A stretch of DNA of 64,000 bases. It comes from Eledone cirrhosa (lineage: Eukaryota). Location of the stretch: assembly GCA_964016885.1 (NCBI GenBank), contig OZ024740.1, forward strand, positions 80,910,001 to 80,974,000, given 5' to 3'. Positions 13,699 to 29,065 of the stretch are shown one piece after another. Made by a program: the position numbers and the translations under genes. Under the pieces are notes generated by a model, which ran no database searches, was not told where the DNA came from, and saw only the letters and a program-made list of their open reading frames with translations. The first letter of the stretch is position 1. Each line of letters begins with the position of its first letter.

Positions 13699-13883
13699 AT
13701 GGCTTTGGATTGGCAGTATCGGTAGAGGGTCGGACGCCATGCTTTCCAGCATAGTTACGTCCCTTTACGATCTGAGTTCAAATCCCGCCAATGTTGACTT
13801 TGCCTTTCATCCTTACGGGGTCGATAATATAAAGTACCAGTAATGCACTGGTAATTGCTGGCCTTGTGCCTAAAGTAGAAACA
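13699..13883 (+). mobile_element. SINE, same family, with 15-bp TSD
   Basis: tggcagtatcgg and gagttcaaatcc boxes. TSD attatttttcataaa at 13684 and 13884. Confidence 0.85.
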
Positions 13884-14379
13884 ATTATTTTTCATAAATT
13901 TTTTTAAATAGATAATTTTTTGCCGTAACCTACTTTGCGATACAATTTATTTATATTTTATCTTTTGTTGTCTTTTGAGAAATCTTGGAACAATATTGGT
14001 AATGAAGAATGCTTTTTGCGTGGGAAATATTTTGCAATGAGCTAAGTTGATATGTAACTATTCAGCATAACATTCGGAAAGAGTTGCTATAATTACTGAT
14101 TTGCATTTATTGTAGTTATTATTTTTTTTTGTTATTATAATTTCGGCTTTGTGATTGCTTTTTGTTGCCAACAATTTTATCTTAACCCGTCTAGACATAC
14201 ATACTTTTACTTTGTTCCCATCCACTAACTGGTTACTTGTTGTTGTTGACTAGCTACCGAAGTTGTTTGTTGTAGTTGGAGTAAGTTGAAGAAAATCGAA
14301 GCTTATAACTGGCTACAATTATTTTAAAATGTGATCTTCATTTATTATTATCTTATTTTTAATGGGGTCGGGGTTGAGG

Positions 14380-14458
14380 GTTGGCAGAATAGTTTTCCAG
14401 CATCTATTACGGCACTTTACGTTCCGAATTCAAATCCCACAAGGTTAGCTTTCATCTT
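14380..14458 (+). mobile_element. Old partial SINE head
   Basis: tggcagaat...gaattcaaatccc..ggttagctttcatc. Confidence 0.5.
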
Positions 14459-15019
14459 AATAGACACAACATATGCAACATTATCGTAGTATTATGTACA
14501 TATACATTTAGATTTATATACGAAATAACGAAAATAGATACACAACATACACACCAAAATGTATTTTTAAAGTGCAGGGATCGAAGATTCAAAGCAAGGC
14601 AACGTTGAATCTTATGTTTAGGCCTCGTCTAGTAGACATACTGACGTTGAATATGAAACGTTTTCTCTGCTATTTGAGCCAATGTATTTGGGAATGTCAT
14701 AGATTGAGAGTTGGCCAGATGAATGATCAAGAGACGTACAATGTTGGATGACGGGTTTGAGATCTTCCTAGGCATAAAAATATATGTAGCTGAGAATTGA
14801 AACTGCCCTACTGTCTCAGTTTCAAGAGAGCTAGTAGCTTAGTCTATGTTATTGGTTTTGTTTCAATAGAGACAAGTCGAGTTATTCAGTATGTGAATGC
14901 CTTGTTTTAAAATATTCATTTTATATTACTTTACTGCAGAAAAGTAACGTCTGAACACGGACAGAATTAAATTTCGTGGCAAAGTCGGACGAAACTAAAT
15001 CAACATACTTCTCTGATTG

Positions 15020-15215
15020 GGGTTGATTAGAATGTCTGACAAAATGCTGTGCAATATTTATTCCATCTCTTTATGCCCTGTGGTCAAATTCCGCCAAAGC
15101 CAGCTTTGCTTTTCATCCTTTCAGGATTGATAAATTACCTATTAATAATTAGGTTGATAAAATTGACTTTCTCTTTCCACTAAAACGCTACTGTGTGCCA
15201 ATGTTACAATAAATA
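15020..15215 (+). mobile_element. Diverged SINE of the same family
   Basis: ggtcaaattccgcc..ctttgcttttcatcctttcaggattgataaa..tgtgcc. Confidence 0.55.
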
Positions 15216-16261
15216 ATAATTATTGTTGCAGCCATATCAATACTCACTACAGTTTATCACTTCATTTATATAAATGTACTTAATATCTGTTTGAAACAAT
15301 GAAGATACTAGGTGCCAAAACTGACTGAAGTTTGGGTTTTATTGAAAAGAACTATTTCTGCCACTATTTTGATTTTATTATTGAAAGATGTAAAATGTCA
15401 GTACAAATTTCCTTTTTACTTTTTACAGTGCATTGTTGTTTACAGTGCATTGTTGTTTAATCAGTGTTTTTCTTTTATTTCAATAGCTGTGAGCAAAAAT
15501 AAGATAAACGTTATAATTTTTCAACGCTGAAATACATGTTTTGTCCAGATAAAATTAAACAAGAAAATAATATCCTGTACGTTTCTATTTTCAACATCCT
15601 CGAAGGCATAACTTGGCTATTGTTACTGTTTGTTTTGATTATATGTAAGAAGTCAATATATTATAGTTTGAACAGGTGCAGTTTATATTGGTAGTTTTCA
15701 TATGTAGCAACGCTTTCAAAACTATGAAATGCGTTTGGAAACTTTGTATTGAACCTAATCTATTAGTAATCTCGGTATATCGTTATTGGAATCAGTACTA
15801 AAATGACGCCACATCTGGTTAAAATAATATAAATTGGATACAAGTGGATAAAGGAAACAATGATTCTGAAACATTCCTCCTCACTTTATACATCCTACTG
15901 AGAATAATTTATGGTTAAATAGATTGGTTTTGCAACATAAAGCCACTAACGTTAACTCATTAGTGACACTTTACGTCATTCCACGGATACATGCAGAAAT
16001 GATAACTCTCCACAATAAATCCATATTAGGATTTATATTGACACAGTGTCATAAGAAAGACATTCGTTAATCTATATTTTAATAAGTTAGTCAGTGGAGG
16101 CAGGGCGCTACTAGTGATAGGAAGGGAGAACATTATCTTTATGAGGGGATGAATGCTTTTGATAGGGAGTAATCTTCTAAAGATCCCCAAGATTCAAATA
16201 GGGATTTAAACTTTATGACAAAATTGTTATTATTTACACCTATCATTATTTAATGTACTGG

Positions 16262-16465
16262 TGGATTGGCAGTATAGTTACGTCCCTTTACGATCTGAGT
16301 TCAAATCCCGCCGAGGTTGACTTTGCCATTCATCCTTACGGGGTCGATAAAATAAAGTACCAGTAATGCACTGGGTTATTGCTGGCCTTGTGCCAAAAGT
16401 AGAAACGATTATTTAATGTACTGGGTAATTGCTGGCCTTGTGCCAAAAGTAGAAACAATTATTTA
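16262..16465 (+). mobile_element. SINE inserted at a SINE-tail fragment
   Basis: TSD attatttaatgtactgg at 16245 and 16408, with a duplicated tail after it. Confidence 0.75.
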
Positions 16466-16875
16466 TACTAATGAACTATCTTTCCCACTAGACTTTACGT
16501 GCCACTGGAACGTAATACAATATTATGATAGTAGCATAAGTAGATTAAAATACCACATTTCATTTGAAGCTGGAAGATGTTACACGATGTGGAATTTTTC
16601 AGCGACCATCAAAATTATATATATATATGGACAGTGGTGGACTGGGTCTAAAAATATTGGTTGCAAGGAGATGAAGGGGGCCCACCTACATATGAAATGC
16701 TATCATTTAATTTTTATAATGAATCGATAACATAAAAAGAATTACATAAGTGGAAACAAAACAGTGAAATCAAATTTTTGCGGAAAAATATCTTACCCTC
16801 TCCAATAAAAAAATATTATGTATTTTGCGAAATCCAGTGACCTTCAATAATGACCTTGGATCTTTCCCACACACT

Positions 16876-17720
<845 letters not shown>

Positions 17721-17764
17721 GACTATACACACACACACATATACATATATAGGTATATATAAAT

Positions 17765-17797
<33 letters not shown>

Positions 17798-17831
17798 CCT
17801 ACACACACATATATATACATACCCCCCCCAT

Positions 17832-17877
<46 letters not shown>

Positions 17878-18424
17878 GAGTGCGTGTATATGTGTGCATG
17901 TACACGTGTATATATAGATTTATATATATGTATACAAAACATGTTTTCAACTTGTACAAACATCCCCAAGGATCTAATTGACATTGTATATATATATATA
18001 TGTATATATATATATGTGTGTGTGTGTGTGTCTGTGTTTGTGTGTGTGTATTTTTATATACATATATATGTACATGTGTGTGTGTGTGTATATATATACA
18101 TACATATATATATATATATATATAAATGTATGTGTACTACGTCCAACCACTGATTCCAGCTATTTGCACTATGATATATTTTGGTTTCTATTAATTCCTT
18201 GGGAATTGGTTGACCAAATACTTAGCTTAATTGTTTTATTAATTTTTTTAAACAGATTATTCTTTCTCTTAGACTAATTTTTGAAAGCAAAGCATTGGTC
18301 CCTAAAATATTACAGTGGGCCCTTGCAATGCTACAGTGGGAACCTGCAATGCTTCCATGAGCTTCCTGGGCCGCAGTTGCCATAGGGCAATCTGGCAACC
18401 TAGCCAGTCCGTCACTGTATATGA

Positions 18425-18513
<89 letters not shown>

Positions 18514-18689
18514 TGTGTGTATGTGTGTGTGTATGTATGTATGTGAGTGTGTGTATATGTGTGTATATGTATATGAATGTGTGTATGTATGTGTGTAAGT
18601 ATGTGTGTATATGTGTGATTGTGTGTATGTGTGCGTTTGTGTGTGTTTGTGAACGAAAATTAAGGAGAGGTGATCCACGCTGACTGCAG

Positions 18690-19330
18690 GCAGGCTCGTG
18701 GGTGATTTCAAAGGAGGAGCTAGCATGTTTGATGGAGAGATTCTGGGCGTCAAGGCTCTCAGCTAGTGTTGACCACCGGTGATGATCGATGTGACAGGCA
18801 CCAAGGGATGTTTTCAAGCATTCCTTGTATAGCTTCATTGGTGCCGCCATGTCTCATAATTCAGTGGAAATTTGATTTTACAGCGTTATCCTGGGCAGGC
18901 GATGATCCTTCATTAGTCCAGTAGATGTTGAGGATGGTGTTACGGCAGCAGCGCTCAATGAGTCGAAGGTGGTGGCGATAACCGATCGATGAATCTCACT
19001 CGTTTAGGAGGGCGGTAATGACTGTGGTTATACACACTGTCATTTTTGTGCCCTTCAGGTAGTTATTGTTCTACACACGTTTATACAGTCAGCCAAGTGC
19101 ACTACTCTCCTTTGTCAGTCAATTGCCAATTTACCTGTTGATCGCGACATCTAACGTGATGGTGACCCCAGGTAGGTGAACCGATGGATCGTTTTGAGTT
19201 GAATCTCGCCAAGAGGGATACAGCCTGGAGGGGATACGCTTCCCGAGTTGCAGGGTGGTAGAGTATCTCCGTCTTCTTTCAGCTGATTTTCTTTCCAAAG
19301 AGCTGGGTAGCCTCTGCGAGACACGAAGTG
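18690..19330 (-). mobile_element. RTE-clade LINE 3' fragment (decayed RT C-terminus)
   Basis: Minus-strand peptides LKTIHRFTYLGS, DHRLPRI and YKECLKTSLGACHIDHHRWSTLA are typical of RTE/BovB-like ORF ends. Confidence 0.7.
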
Positions 19331-19340
19331 ATACATTCAT

Positions 19341-19437
<97 letters not shown>

Positions 19438-19636
19438 AACGAGTAGGACCCCGACGGCTGAGCTCAACCCGTTTCGACGGCTAATTCTGGACGGCTAATG
19501 TACAGAATTAGCCGTCGAAACGGCTTGAGCTCAGCCGTCGAGGTCCTACTCGTTCCTATTACCCACTCTACTACCCTAAGTATTGAGTACTTTGGTGCGT
19601 TATGGTCCACCTGGTTGCTTACCACATTTCCTTCGT

Positions 19637-19742
<106 letters not shown>

Positions 19743-19794
19743 GAGAGAGAGAGGGGGAAAGAGAGAAACACGTACACACATACATACATACATA

Positions 19795-20210
19795 CATGGT
19801 GGCTGCCAACTCGTTTTCGAGTACGGCCACTACTTTATATCCATGTAGGAGAACCCCTACCGATGCGCTGAACGAATGTGACTTTTTAGTCCAGCCAGCG
19901 ACTTGAAAACTCTGGTACAAAGACTACACTGGTGACCATTAATGACACATAGTGCAGGGCCCATGGTACCATGTGATGACAAGTGCAGAGAGATCTCCAG
20001 ATATAAAGCAATGCCTGTGCTGTGAAGCTTTTATAGTGAGCAAAGGCACTGCACAAAGCCAGTCCCACTCTCTTAACCAAGATGATATTTACCAAAAAGA
20101 AGAACAAGTCAACATCATTGGATACCATCAGGGTTGCAGGTGTTATATCAGAGTTTTCCTTCTCCTAGAATTCTGCCTTGACAAAGGCTAAGGGGTCATC
20201 TCTCCCAACA
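19795..20210. repeat. Inverted third copy of the 11031-11760 repeat family
   Basis: Reverse-complement match, giving the same spurious ORF text GPWYH.TSAER. Confidence 0.75.
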
Positions 20211-20246
<36 letters not shown>

Positions 20247-20392
20247 TACTTAGGTTAATAGGAGTTAGGTATTGTATACCCGTGTCCCATTAAGGTATTG
20301 GCAGCATAATAATTAGCTCTATGCTTTGGAGCAGAGCCGTATATATGATAAAGAACACAAGAGCGTCTACAACATCAAACAATTTTTTATTG

Positions 20393-20438
20393 GCTTACAA
20401 TGTTTCTTCCTTACGTAACCGTAGGATTCTTCAGAGCT
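20393..20438 (-). ncRNA. Hammerhead ribozyme-like motif (PLE type)
   Basis: agct-CTGAAGA-a-tcctacg(gtta)cgtaagga-a-GAAA-cattgTA-agc. Confidence 0.6.
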
Positions 20439-20935
20439 ATAAAGGGGGTTTGATTGGTGTTATGGACTCTACCAACCAAACATTCAAGAACAAAGAGTTA
20501 AGAGAGTAAAGAGCAAAAGCAGGGGACAATAAGTCTAATTTTGGTGCGGGTGGGTGGGGTGTTGGTCCTTGTTTACTAGCTGTGGTCATATTCGTTCCCG
20601 GGAGTCGAGTGGTTAGTGGAGCCATAGATGGGGTGGCATCGGAAGTAGGGTGCAGAGGGTGTGCAGAGGCTACACACACACAAAGGGCATATAATATATA
20701 TATAACGGAGGAGAAAGTACATGAAGTAATTAGAAATGGAATAAGAATAATAATAATCTATAGTTAATAATGTATAATAAGACATAGGGAAGATTACACT
20801 ATAATAAGGTATAAAAGTACGAATAAGATAAAATATAAAGGAGGATAAAAATGAAAATAATACTAAAAATAAAAATATATATATATAAAAAAATATATAG
20901 AGAATATATAAAAAATATAAACGTGTGTGTATATA

Positions 20936-20966
<31 letters not shown>

Positions 20967-20972
20967 GTAAGT

Positions 20973-21064
<92 letters not shown>

Positions 21065-21485
21065 CGGCGATGAATTAATTTTGCGAGGTTTTTGATATGA
21101 AATCGTGTGTCGAAACAAATATTGTTATACTTGGGGAGGGTCGTATTTGTGTAATATTGCCAGAATTAATAACAGAACACACTCACTGTTTGGTTGGTTT
21201 TCGCTTTTCGCTTCTCTGTCTTTTATATCGGTAATCTAATTTATTCGGTCCTCAATGTTGCCATTGACTGACCAACGGTCAAAAATAATACAGATACAAT
21301 ATAGACACAAACATATATATATAGTTTATAAAAGTTCTTTCGTTGCACATCTGCAACATCGTCAGTGGTGCTATTGTTTCCTCCTGTTACATTGTATTTT
21401 CTACGCCATCTCTACCAACCAAACAGTGAGTGTGTTCTGTTATTAATTCTGGCAATATTACACAAATATGACCCTCCCCAAGTAT

Positions 21486-21587
<102 letters not shown>

Positions 21588-21739
21588 GCATACATATATA
21601 CATATATATGCATACATATATACTCTCTCGTATTTTTTTTTACTATCACTACAATGACACTTTTAAATTTGTTAAATACGTGAGTATATTTACTGGGAAA
21701 TTCATATTTTCTGTCGTTTCACATGGCTACATTTTTAAA

Positions 21740-21785
<46 letters not shown>

Positions 21786-21862
21786 GCACATATTTAAATA
21801 AAGACCCTGTATGTATACAGTCATTGCTTGCTCAGCGCAATTTATATATATATATATGCATG

Positions 21863-21921
<59 letters not shown>

Positions 21922-21972
21922 TGCGCTAAGCAAGCAACGACTGTATACATACATAGTCTTTATTTGAATATA

Positions 21973-22009
<37 letters not shown>

Positions 22010-22463
22010 TTGGCAATATACTGTATGTTTAATGAAAAACATTTTGAAGACCATACGCTATCGGTTTTAAAGTAGTGACTGTCACTTACTTCTTTTCGGT
22101 GAAGAAAGGGAATGAAGCTAACAGTCTGTTTGGTGATCATCAGAGCCACGCACTCCCTGCTTCCGCCGAAAATTATAGAAGCTGGATTCTTGTAGAATTC
22201 CAGTAATAATCAGGAGCTGATTATACAGAGCGATTGCCGGTCCAGCAAAGGTTAGGTATTAGGATTGGTGCTCTGAAATAGCGCTGTATACATGAATGTA
22301 TGTATCATATATTTGGCAATATACCGTATGTTTAATTTAAAACATTTTGAAGACCATACGCTATCGGTTTGAAAGCAGTGACATACGCTATCGAAAAGAA
22401 GTAAGTGACATAGTCACTACTTTACAACCGAATGCGTATGGTCTTCAAAATGTTTTCAATTAA

Positions 22464-22540
<77 letters not shown>

Positions 22541-22947
22541 AAAGAATAGAGGTGTAACACACGAGTTATGATATATTGGTAAAAGGAAAAGAAAATGTTG
22601 ACAAATTGTTCCCAGTGAAAAATAGTTTAATTAGGTGTAAGTAAAAATTAGTAATAGTATTGGTTAATATTCAGTTTTACTTTTAAGTTTTATCGGATGC
22701 GCATTTCTAATGCTTTTCAAAAATAATTTTGAGATAGAGTGCCTGTTTTCTTTGCTCTAATCCAGATTAGAGCAAACATCACGGGCGCTCTATCTCAAAA
22801 TTATTTTTGAAAAGCATTAGAAATGCGCATCCGATAAAACTTAAAAGTAAAACTGAATATTAACCAATACTATTACTAATTTTTACTTATTCCTAATTAA
22901 ACTATTTTTCACTGGGAACAATTTGTCAGCATTTTCTTTTCCTTTCA

Positions 22948-23010
<63 letters not shown>

Positions 23011-23436
23011 CATTAACAGAGAAAGCTTTAAGCAATACTCCGACCGACTTCCGTCTCACTCAACAAACATTAGGATATACCTTAGTATAATCCCAATTAT
23101 ACGTTTGGGGTGCTAACTATACATATGTTGAGGAAAGCCAGTTGTATTATTTTATATGAGACATAATTAAATACATCCCTCTTTCCAAACGATCGTTTCA
23201 TTATAAGTTTTCTACAAGTTGGGAAAATAATATCCAGGTTATGTAGAAGCCTACACATAGTCTATAGGAATATATGCAGGTGGGCACTTATAAACCATCA
23301 GTGGATGCCCAACAATATCGATATTAAAAAACCCCTACCGATATTAACATTCAGCGAGGGTACCCGTCAGTATATTTATATATATCTATCTAAAGTATGT
23401 CGTAAGCTAGAAGGCTCATTTGGCCGGTACTTATCC

Positions 23437-23498
<62 letters not shown>

Positions 23499-25667
23499 AA
23501 GATGAATATAAAATGAAAGTGCTTTCATAAAGGAATTTATTAGGTATTGACATATGTTTCTGTAACAGACAGAATACCTATGTATCGCTGCTTGCGTAAT
23601 CATATAATGTTAGCAAGTATTCGATAGCAAATGTATAATCAGTTGTCACTTCTTCAGAGATATTGGATAAATTGGAAAAAATCAGAAAAATTGAAGTATT
23701 TATATTAGTTGTAAGAAAGAAAGAAGACAGGGGATAGTACATGACATATGGCAATTCAATTTACTTGTAAACAAGTATATAAAATATTTTCATGAGAATA
23801 CAACGAGTATATGGCTTATTTTATCAAAATAAGAATTTTTGGGAGTGCCTATTTTAATCTATATTTGACCAATTGAACAATGGACAGGGCTGGTCGTTTG
23901 GTGTAGTAGTATTCATTTTATTCTCATTAAAAACCTTTTATATACTTGTTTACAAGTAAATTAAATTGCCATCTGTCATAAACTTTCCCCGCTCCCCTTC
24001 CTTTCTTACAACTAATATAAATACTTCAATTTTTCTGATTTTTTCCAATTTATCCAATATCTCTGAAGAGATGACAACTGATTATACATTTGCTGTCGAA
24101 TACTTGCTAACATTATATGATTACTCAAGCAGCGATACATAGGTATTCTGTCTGTTACAGAAACATAAGTCAATACCTAATAAATTCCTTTATGAAAGCA
24201 CTTTCATTTTATATTCATCTTTTCTAAATTTTCTCCGGAATATAATTTATACTCGTTGAGCAAACCTACACGCACGCTGTTCATCTCTAACGTGACCGTA
24301 TATTATCGCCACATTATTCATAACTTGAAATTTTATATATATATATATGGGGGGGGGGGGCGTTGTTGCGCGCATGTGTGTGTGTATGTGTTCAGTAAAT
24401 TTGCAATAGAGATTCATACTATAGTGGATATTTACACCTTTACAAATTTGAAAGTAATATGAAATTAATTTTTCTTAATAAAATTATGCTTGAAAATGTA
24501 GGTTTAATTATGCCATTGAATGACTCCATATTAATATATTGCATTAGAACTTTAAAGTTGTTTGAATAAACAAGGAAATCCTCTTTAGTGTAACAGCGGA
24601 AATGTGTTAATATTTCGTATAAACTTATGTCATTTGGTATAATTTAATTATAATATTATTACAGTTACTACATTCCAATACGACTTCGATATGAATCTGT
24701 TTACCGTTCAAACACCGGCTCTGCTTATCTTGTGAAATTACGACACGGGTAATAGAGAGAGCCGGTGTGCTGTGAGGTTGCGTGCTAAATATGGCAGTCA
24801 AATCATCATTATGAATATACACGACACCGATTTATTAGCTTAATAAATGAAATTATGGTTCATATATTCAATTATATTCTGTTTCTGTAAAGTGAAGAAT
24901 GCCGTTGCTCACATGCCTGCCCCCTCAGCATCCATTTGGCTCTAGAAAACAATAACAAATACAAGAACTACCTTTCAACAGGATAATCAGTCGAACAGGA
25001 AAAAGTTTCATTTCAGCCGACGAATTAAGTGAAGTATTTGTGCAGTAATTATCCGGTGTCCTTACGTTCTAATTTCAAATCTAATATAAATAATGTACCA
25101 GTCTAGGATTAGCGGAATGTGTAGAAGAGGGACGGACAACCTTTTTAAGCAGTAGGCTGTATAGAATGTGGCTCTACATAATGTGGGCCGCACTAATAAA
25201 AACATCAAGGGAATTTCGAAATTAGGCGTGTCATCCAGAAAGCTAAACAGGCCGAAGTTTGCCTATAACTGGTGTAGAACATCGGATGGGATGAATTATA
25301 TTATTTGTTCCTGCTTTTTTTTATTGGTAGCCTTAATCCGTCACGTCCATATGTGCATATAGTGGAGTTTAATAAATTGCAGGCATTTGGACCAGGTCTC
25401 CAGTTTGAGGTTACTTTTTTTTCTCCCTCTTACCCATCTTCGAAACCTCAAAAAAAAAGCAGAAGATCTGCCTTAACTGATTACGCAATAAAATAAAATC
25501 GATAATACAGCTCATCAGTCTAAGCTATAGTTTGCTTTCTATGATATTAATTTACCGCACTTCAACCTTACGTTCCTCTTTTATAAAGATGCTTTTGAAT
25601 ATATGGACTTCCGCTATGTGTTTTCAAGATTATAAATGATGGCTTTCATTATACTTACACAGCAGGG

Positions 25668-25870
25668 CGGTGGATTTGCAGTATCGGCAGAGGGTCGGGC
25701 GCCATGCTTTGCAGAATAGAGTTACAGCCCTTTATGATCTGACTTCAAATACCGCCGAGGTTAATTTTGTCTTTCATTCTTACGGGGTCGATAACATAAA
25801 GTACCAGTCCTGCACTGGGGTCGATTTAATCGATTTTCTCATCCCCCAAAATTGCCTTGTGCCTATATGA
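25668..25870 (+). mobile_element. SINE, same family
   Basis: gcagtatcgg, gacttcaaatacc and gtctttcattcttacggggtcgataa blocks. Confidence 0.75.
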
Positions 25871-26615
25871 GAAACCATTATTTACTGGTCTTGTGCCTAT
25901 ATAAGAAACCATTATTTACTGTGGATTGGCAGTATCGGTAGAGGATCGGACGCCATGCTTTGACGCATAGAGTTACGGCCCTTGCCATACTGAGTTCAAA
26001 TCCCGCCGAGATTAACTTTGCCTTTCATCCTTAATGGGTCGATAAAATAAAGTACCAGTAATGTACTGGGTAATTGCTGGCCTTGTGCCAAAAGTAGAAA
26101 CAATTATTTACTGGTCTTGTGCCTATATAAGAAACCATTATTTACTGGTCTTGTGCCTATATAAGAAACCATTATTTGCTGACCTTGTGCCTATATAAGA
26201 AACCATTATTTACTGGCCTTGTGCCTATATGAGAAACCATTATTTACTGGTCTTGTGCCTATATAAGAAACCATTATTTACTGGTCTTGTGCCTATATAA
26301 GAAACCATTATTTGCTGACCTTGTGCCTATATAAGAAACCATTATTTACTGGCCTTGTGCCTATATGAGAAACCATTATTTACTGGTCTTGTGCCTATAT
26401 AAGAAACCATTATTTACTGGTCTTGTGCCTATATGAGAAACCATTATTTACTGGTCTTGTGCCTATATAAGAAACCATTATTTACTGGTCTTGTGCCTAT
26501 ATGAGAAACAATTATTTATTGGCCTTGTGCCTATATAAGAAACCATTATTTACTAGTCTTGTGCCTATATGAGAAACCATTATTTATTGGCCTTGTGCCT
26601 ATATAAGAAACAATT
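25853..26615 (+). repeat. 34-bp minisatellite derived from the SINE 3' tail
   Basis: Unit tactggtcttgtgcctatataagaaaccattatt with period 34 and ~15 copies after 26102. It matches the SINE end gctggccttgtgcc..agaaacaattatt. Confidence 0.9.
25921..26102 (+). mobile_element. SINE inserted within the 34-bp minisatellite
   Basis: Full head and body, flanked by attatttactg on both sides. Confidence 0.8.
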
Positions 26616-26629
26616 AGACTTACACAGCA

Positions 26630-26852
26630 GAGGGTGGTGGATCTGTAGTGTCACCAGAGCATTGGACAGGATGCTTATGATTATTTACTTATAATTTCTA
26701 CGTTATGCATTCAAATCCCGCCGATGTTTGCTTGGCGTTTCCGCTTTACTGGTTAGATAAAATAAAGTATCAGTAACGCACTGGGGTTGGTGTAATCATC
26801 TTCCCTCTTCCCTTCAAATTGTTGGTATTGTATCAAAACCTAGAAACAATTA
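26630..26852 (+). mobile_element. Diverged SINE
   Basis: cattcaaatcccgccg, gataaaataaagtatcagtaa and tail agaaacaatta. Confidence 0.6.
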
Positions 26853-27140
26853 TATTAATAATTTTTAGAATTTTGATAATCAAGTAGAAACTAATATAGT
26901 AAAGAAGAATAATTGGAAGACATCAACATTCCATGATTATTTTAAAAAATAGCTGACGCAAGACAAAATATCAAACCGCTGTGCGATATTAACAGACTTG
27001 TGTCACCAACATGCTTCTCTGATAAAATAATTGGTTCTTGTTTTTCGAAGGAATTGAAACCTAATCATCACATGCACATGTAAATAATCTGGTTTTATAA
27101 TTTTATAGTTTGCTTAAAGATATAAATTATATACTTTATG

Positions 27141-27255
<115 letters not shown>

Positions 27256-27693
27256 CCCAGGTTCAATTGGGGGTAACCACATTAATTAAAGTACTCAATA
27301 CATAGTAGATTATATACAATATTTGATATAGAAATGGGTTCTACAGTATTAGAACTGTTTCATTCGAAGGGAATCTTCAGGATCCCCTTCAAATAAAGTC
27401 AACTAACAGAGAACGAAGGACAGTTGCTGGGTAATTGCTGGCCTTGTGCCAAAAGTAGAAACAATTATTTGTATAAATATGGAACTTAACTATATTATGC
27501 ATATCCGCAGTTGACAATGCATATAATGCTGAAACCGGTACCATTATTAAATGCGGAAATATCCACTTTATAAATAAATAAATGTTTTGATATTACACTG
27601 AAAGAATCTCTTCAGAATATTCAACTGAAAAAATCTTTTTCCTTTCTACTATTTGTTTTTATATATATCAACTCACGTATTACTTTCCTACAT

Positions 27694-27765
<72 letters not shown>

Positions 27766-27770
<5 letters not shown>

Positions 27771-28125
27771 TACCCCCCGCCATTCGCAGATCCGGATATT
27801 CGCGGAAATTACCTTAGAACCTAACTAATAACTGTTCGTGCAAACCACCGCATATTCGCGGAATCGTAAATATCTTACGCATTTTTTAGGGATTTTTTCG
27901 TGGCAATATATATTTTTTAACGCTAAATTATTAATAACAATATATCGTATTTGCTAGTCTATTGGACGCCATTCGCATAAGACAGCCACTTTTTAAAAAT
28001 TATATTTCACATTATGTGTTGACGTTTATAGGCATTTTTATGAACTACGTCCGATATTCGCGGTTTTTCACTCTTGTAGGGTGCTGTAGGAACGTAACAC
28101 CCGCGAATACCGAGGTAAAACTATC
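27766..28125. mobile_element. Tigger/pogo-like non-autonomous DNA transposon (MITE) in (TA)n
   Basis: Ends tagtgtaccccccgccattcgc... and ...cccgcgaataccgaggtaaaacta form imperfect TIRs. Internal atattcgcgg motifs are repeated. Confidence 0.5.
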
Positions 28126-28269
28126 TCGCTGTATTAATATATATATATATATATAGTAATAATAATAAATGTGAAGTCTAAAATCCGAAGAGGGCTCAAT
28201 AAGCATAATATATATATAAATATATAAAACCGTAGAGCAAATGTTTGAGTTTCAGAAAATCCCTTTTAG

Positions 28270-28306
<37 letters not shown>

Positions 28307-28349
28307 GACGTAAATAAGAAATGTATGAAAATTGACTTACTAAAATTTC

Positions 28350-28430
28350 ACTCCAATTAATTAGTTTCTGTAAGGGGATAAATATAGTTACGTAATATAA
28401 CTATAGAGAAGCCTTACATCATCAGGGAGT
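28350..28430 (-). ncRNA. Type I hammerhead ribozyme with extended stem II
   Basis: actcc-CTGATGA-tgtaagg...ccttaca-GAA-ACTAATTAAT-T-ggagt. Confidence 0.75.
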
Positions 28431-28874
28431 CTATTCTCAGCTAAGCTTCCAGGCAATGCGGGGACACTGGGAACTTATATAAAAATAATTCGGTGGATGG
28501 AAAATAGCGAGCGGGGCTAGATTCCAAGACATTGAAAAATTCACTGCCTACTTGGTCAAGTGGCAAATTCAAAAGAATCAATCACGTGACACCGAGGTTA
28601 ATCAGTTAGGAGTGGGGGTGCTATTAAGACAGAGCCTAGCCACTACTATCAGTCACAGTAGTAATTTCGGCAAATTTTGCTCAACAAATAATTTGGAGAT
28701 AATTATAAAGAATTAATATATCTACCGACATATGTATACAGATGCATACCTATGCTAGCAAATATATATGTTTTGTCTTAGTAACTTTGTGGTTCTATGC
28801 AGGGGGATGCAGAACAATTATATGAAAGACGTAAATAAGAAAGTTATGAAAATTGACTTACTTACTAAAATTTC

Positions 28875-28955
28875 ACTCCAACTAATTAGTTTCTGTAAGC
28901 GGATAAATATAGTTACGTAATATAACTATAGAGAAGCCTTACGTCATCAGGGAGT
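28875..28955 (-). ncRNA. Type I hammerhead ribozyme with extended stem II (second copy)
   Basis: actcc-CTGATGA-cgtaag...cttaca-GAA-ACTAATTAGT(palindrome)-T-ggagt. Confidence 0.75.
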
Positions 28956-29065
28956 CTATTCTCAGCTAAGCTTCCAGGCAATGCGGGGACACTGGGAACT
29001 TGTATAAAAATAATTCCCAGTGTCCCCGCATTGCCTGGAAGCTTAGCTGAGAATAGACTCTCTGA

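Larger units (their letters stand above)
28302..29060 (-). mobile_element. PLE pseudo-LTR-like tandem duplicate with hammerheads and a terminal hairpin
   Basis: Direct repeats at 28302-28490 and 28823-29012, plus a ~47-bp perfect inverted repeat spanning 28952-29060. Confidence 0.7.

Noticed and set aside
13706-13790. tRNA-like A/B boxes
   Set aside because: They are SINE heads, with no cloverleaf, and are followed by a SINE body and TSDs.
12620-16800. Possible host exons in the less repetitive AT-rich stretch
   Set aside because: No recognisable protein similarity or convincing ORF by eye. Short exons cannot be excluded without RNA-seq.
24060-24110. CTGAAGA hammerhead-like core (also weak ones near 17270 and 46010)
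   Set aside because: No proper GAAA or stem I/III pairing could be built.
26075-26615. 34-bp repeats resembling a CRISPR array
   Set aside because: The units are directly adjacent with no unique spacers, derive from a SINE tail, and sit in a eukaryotic context.
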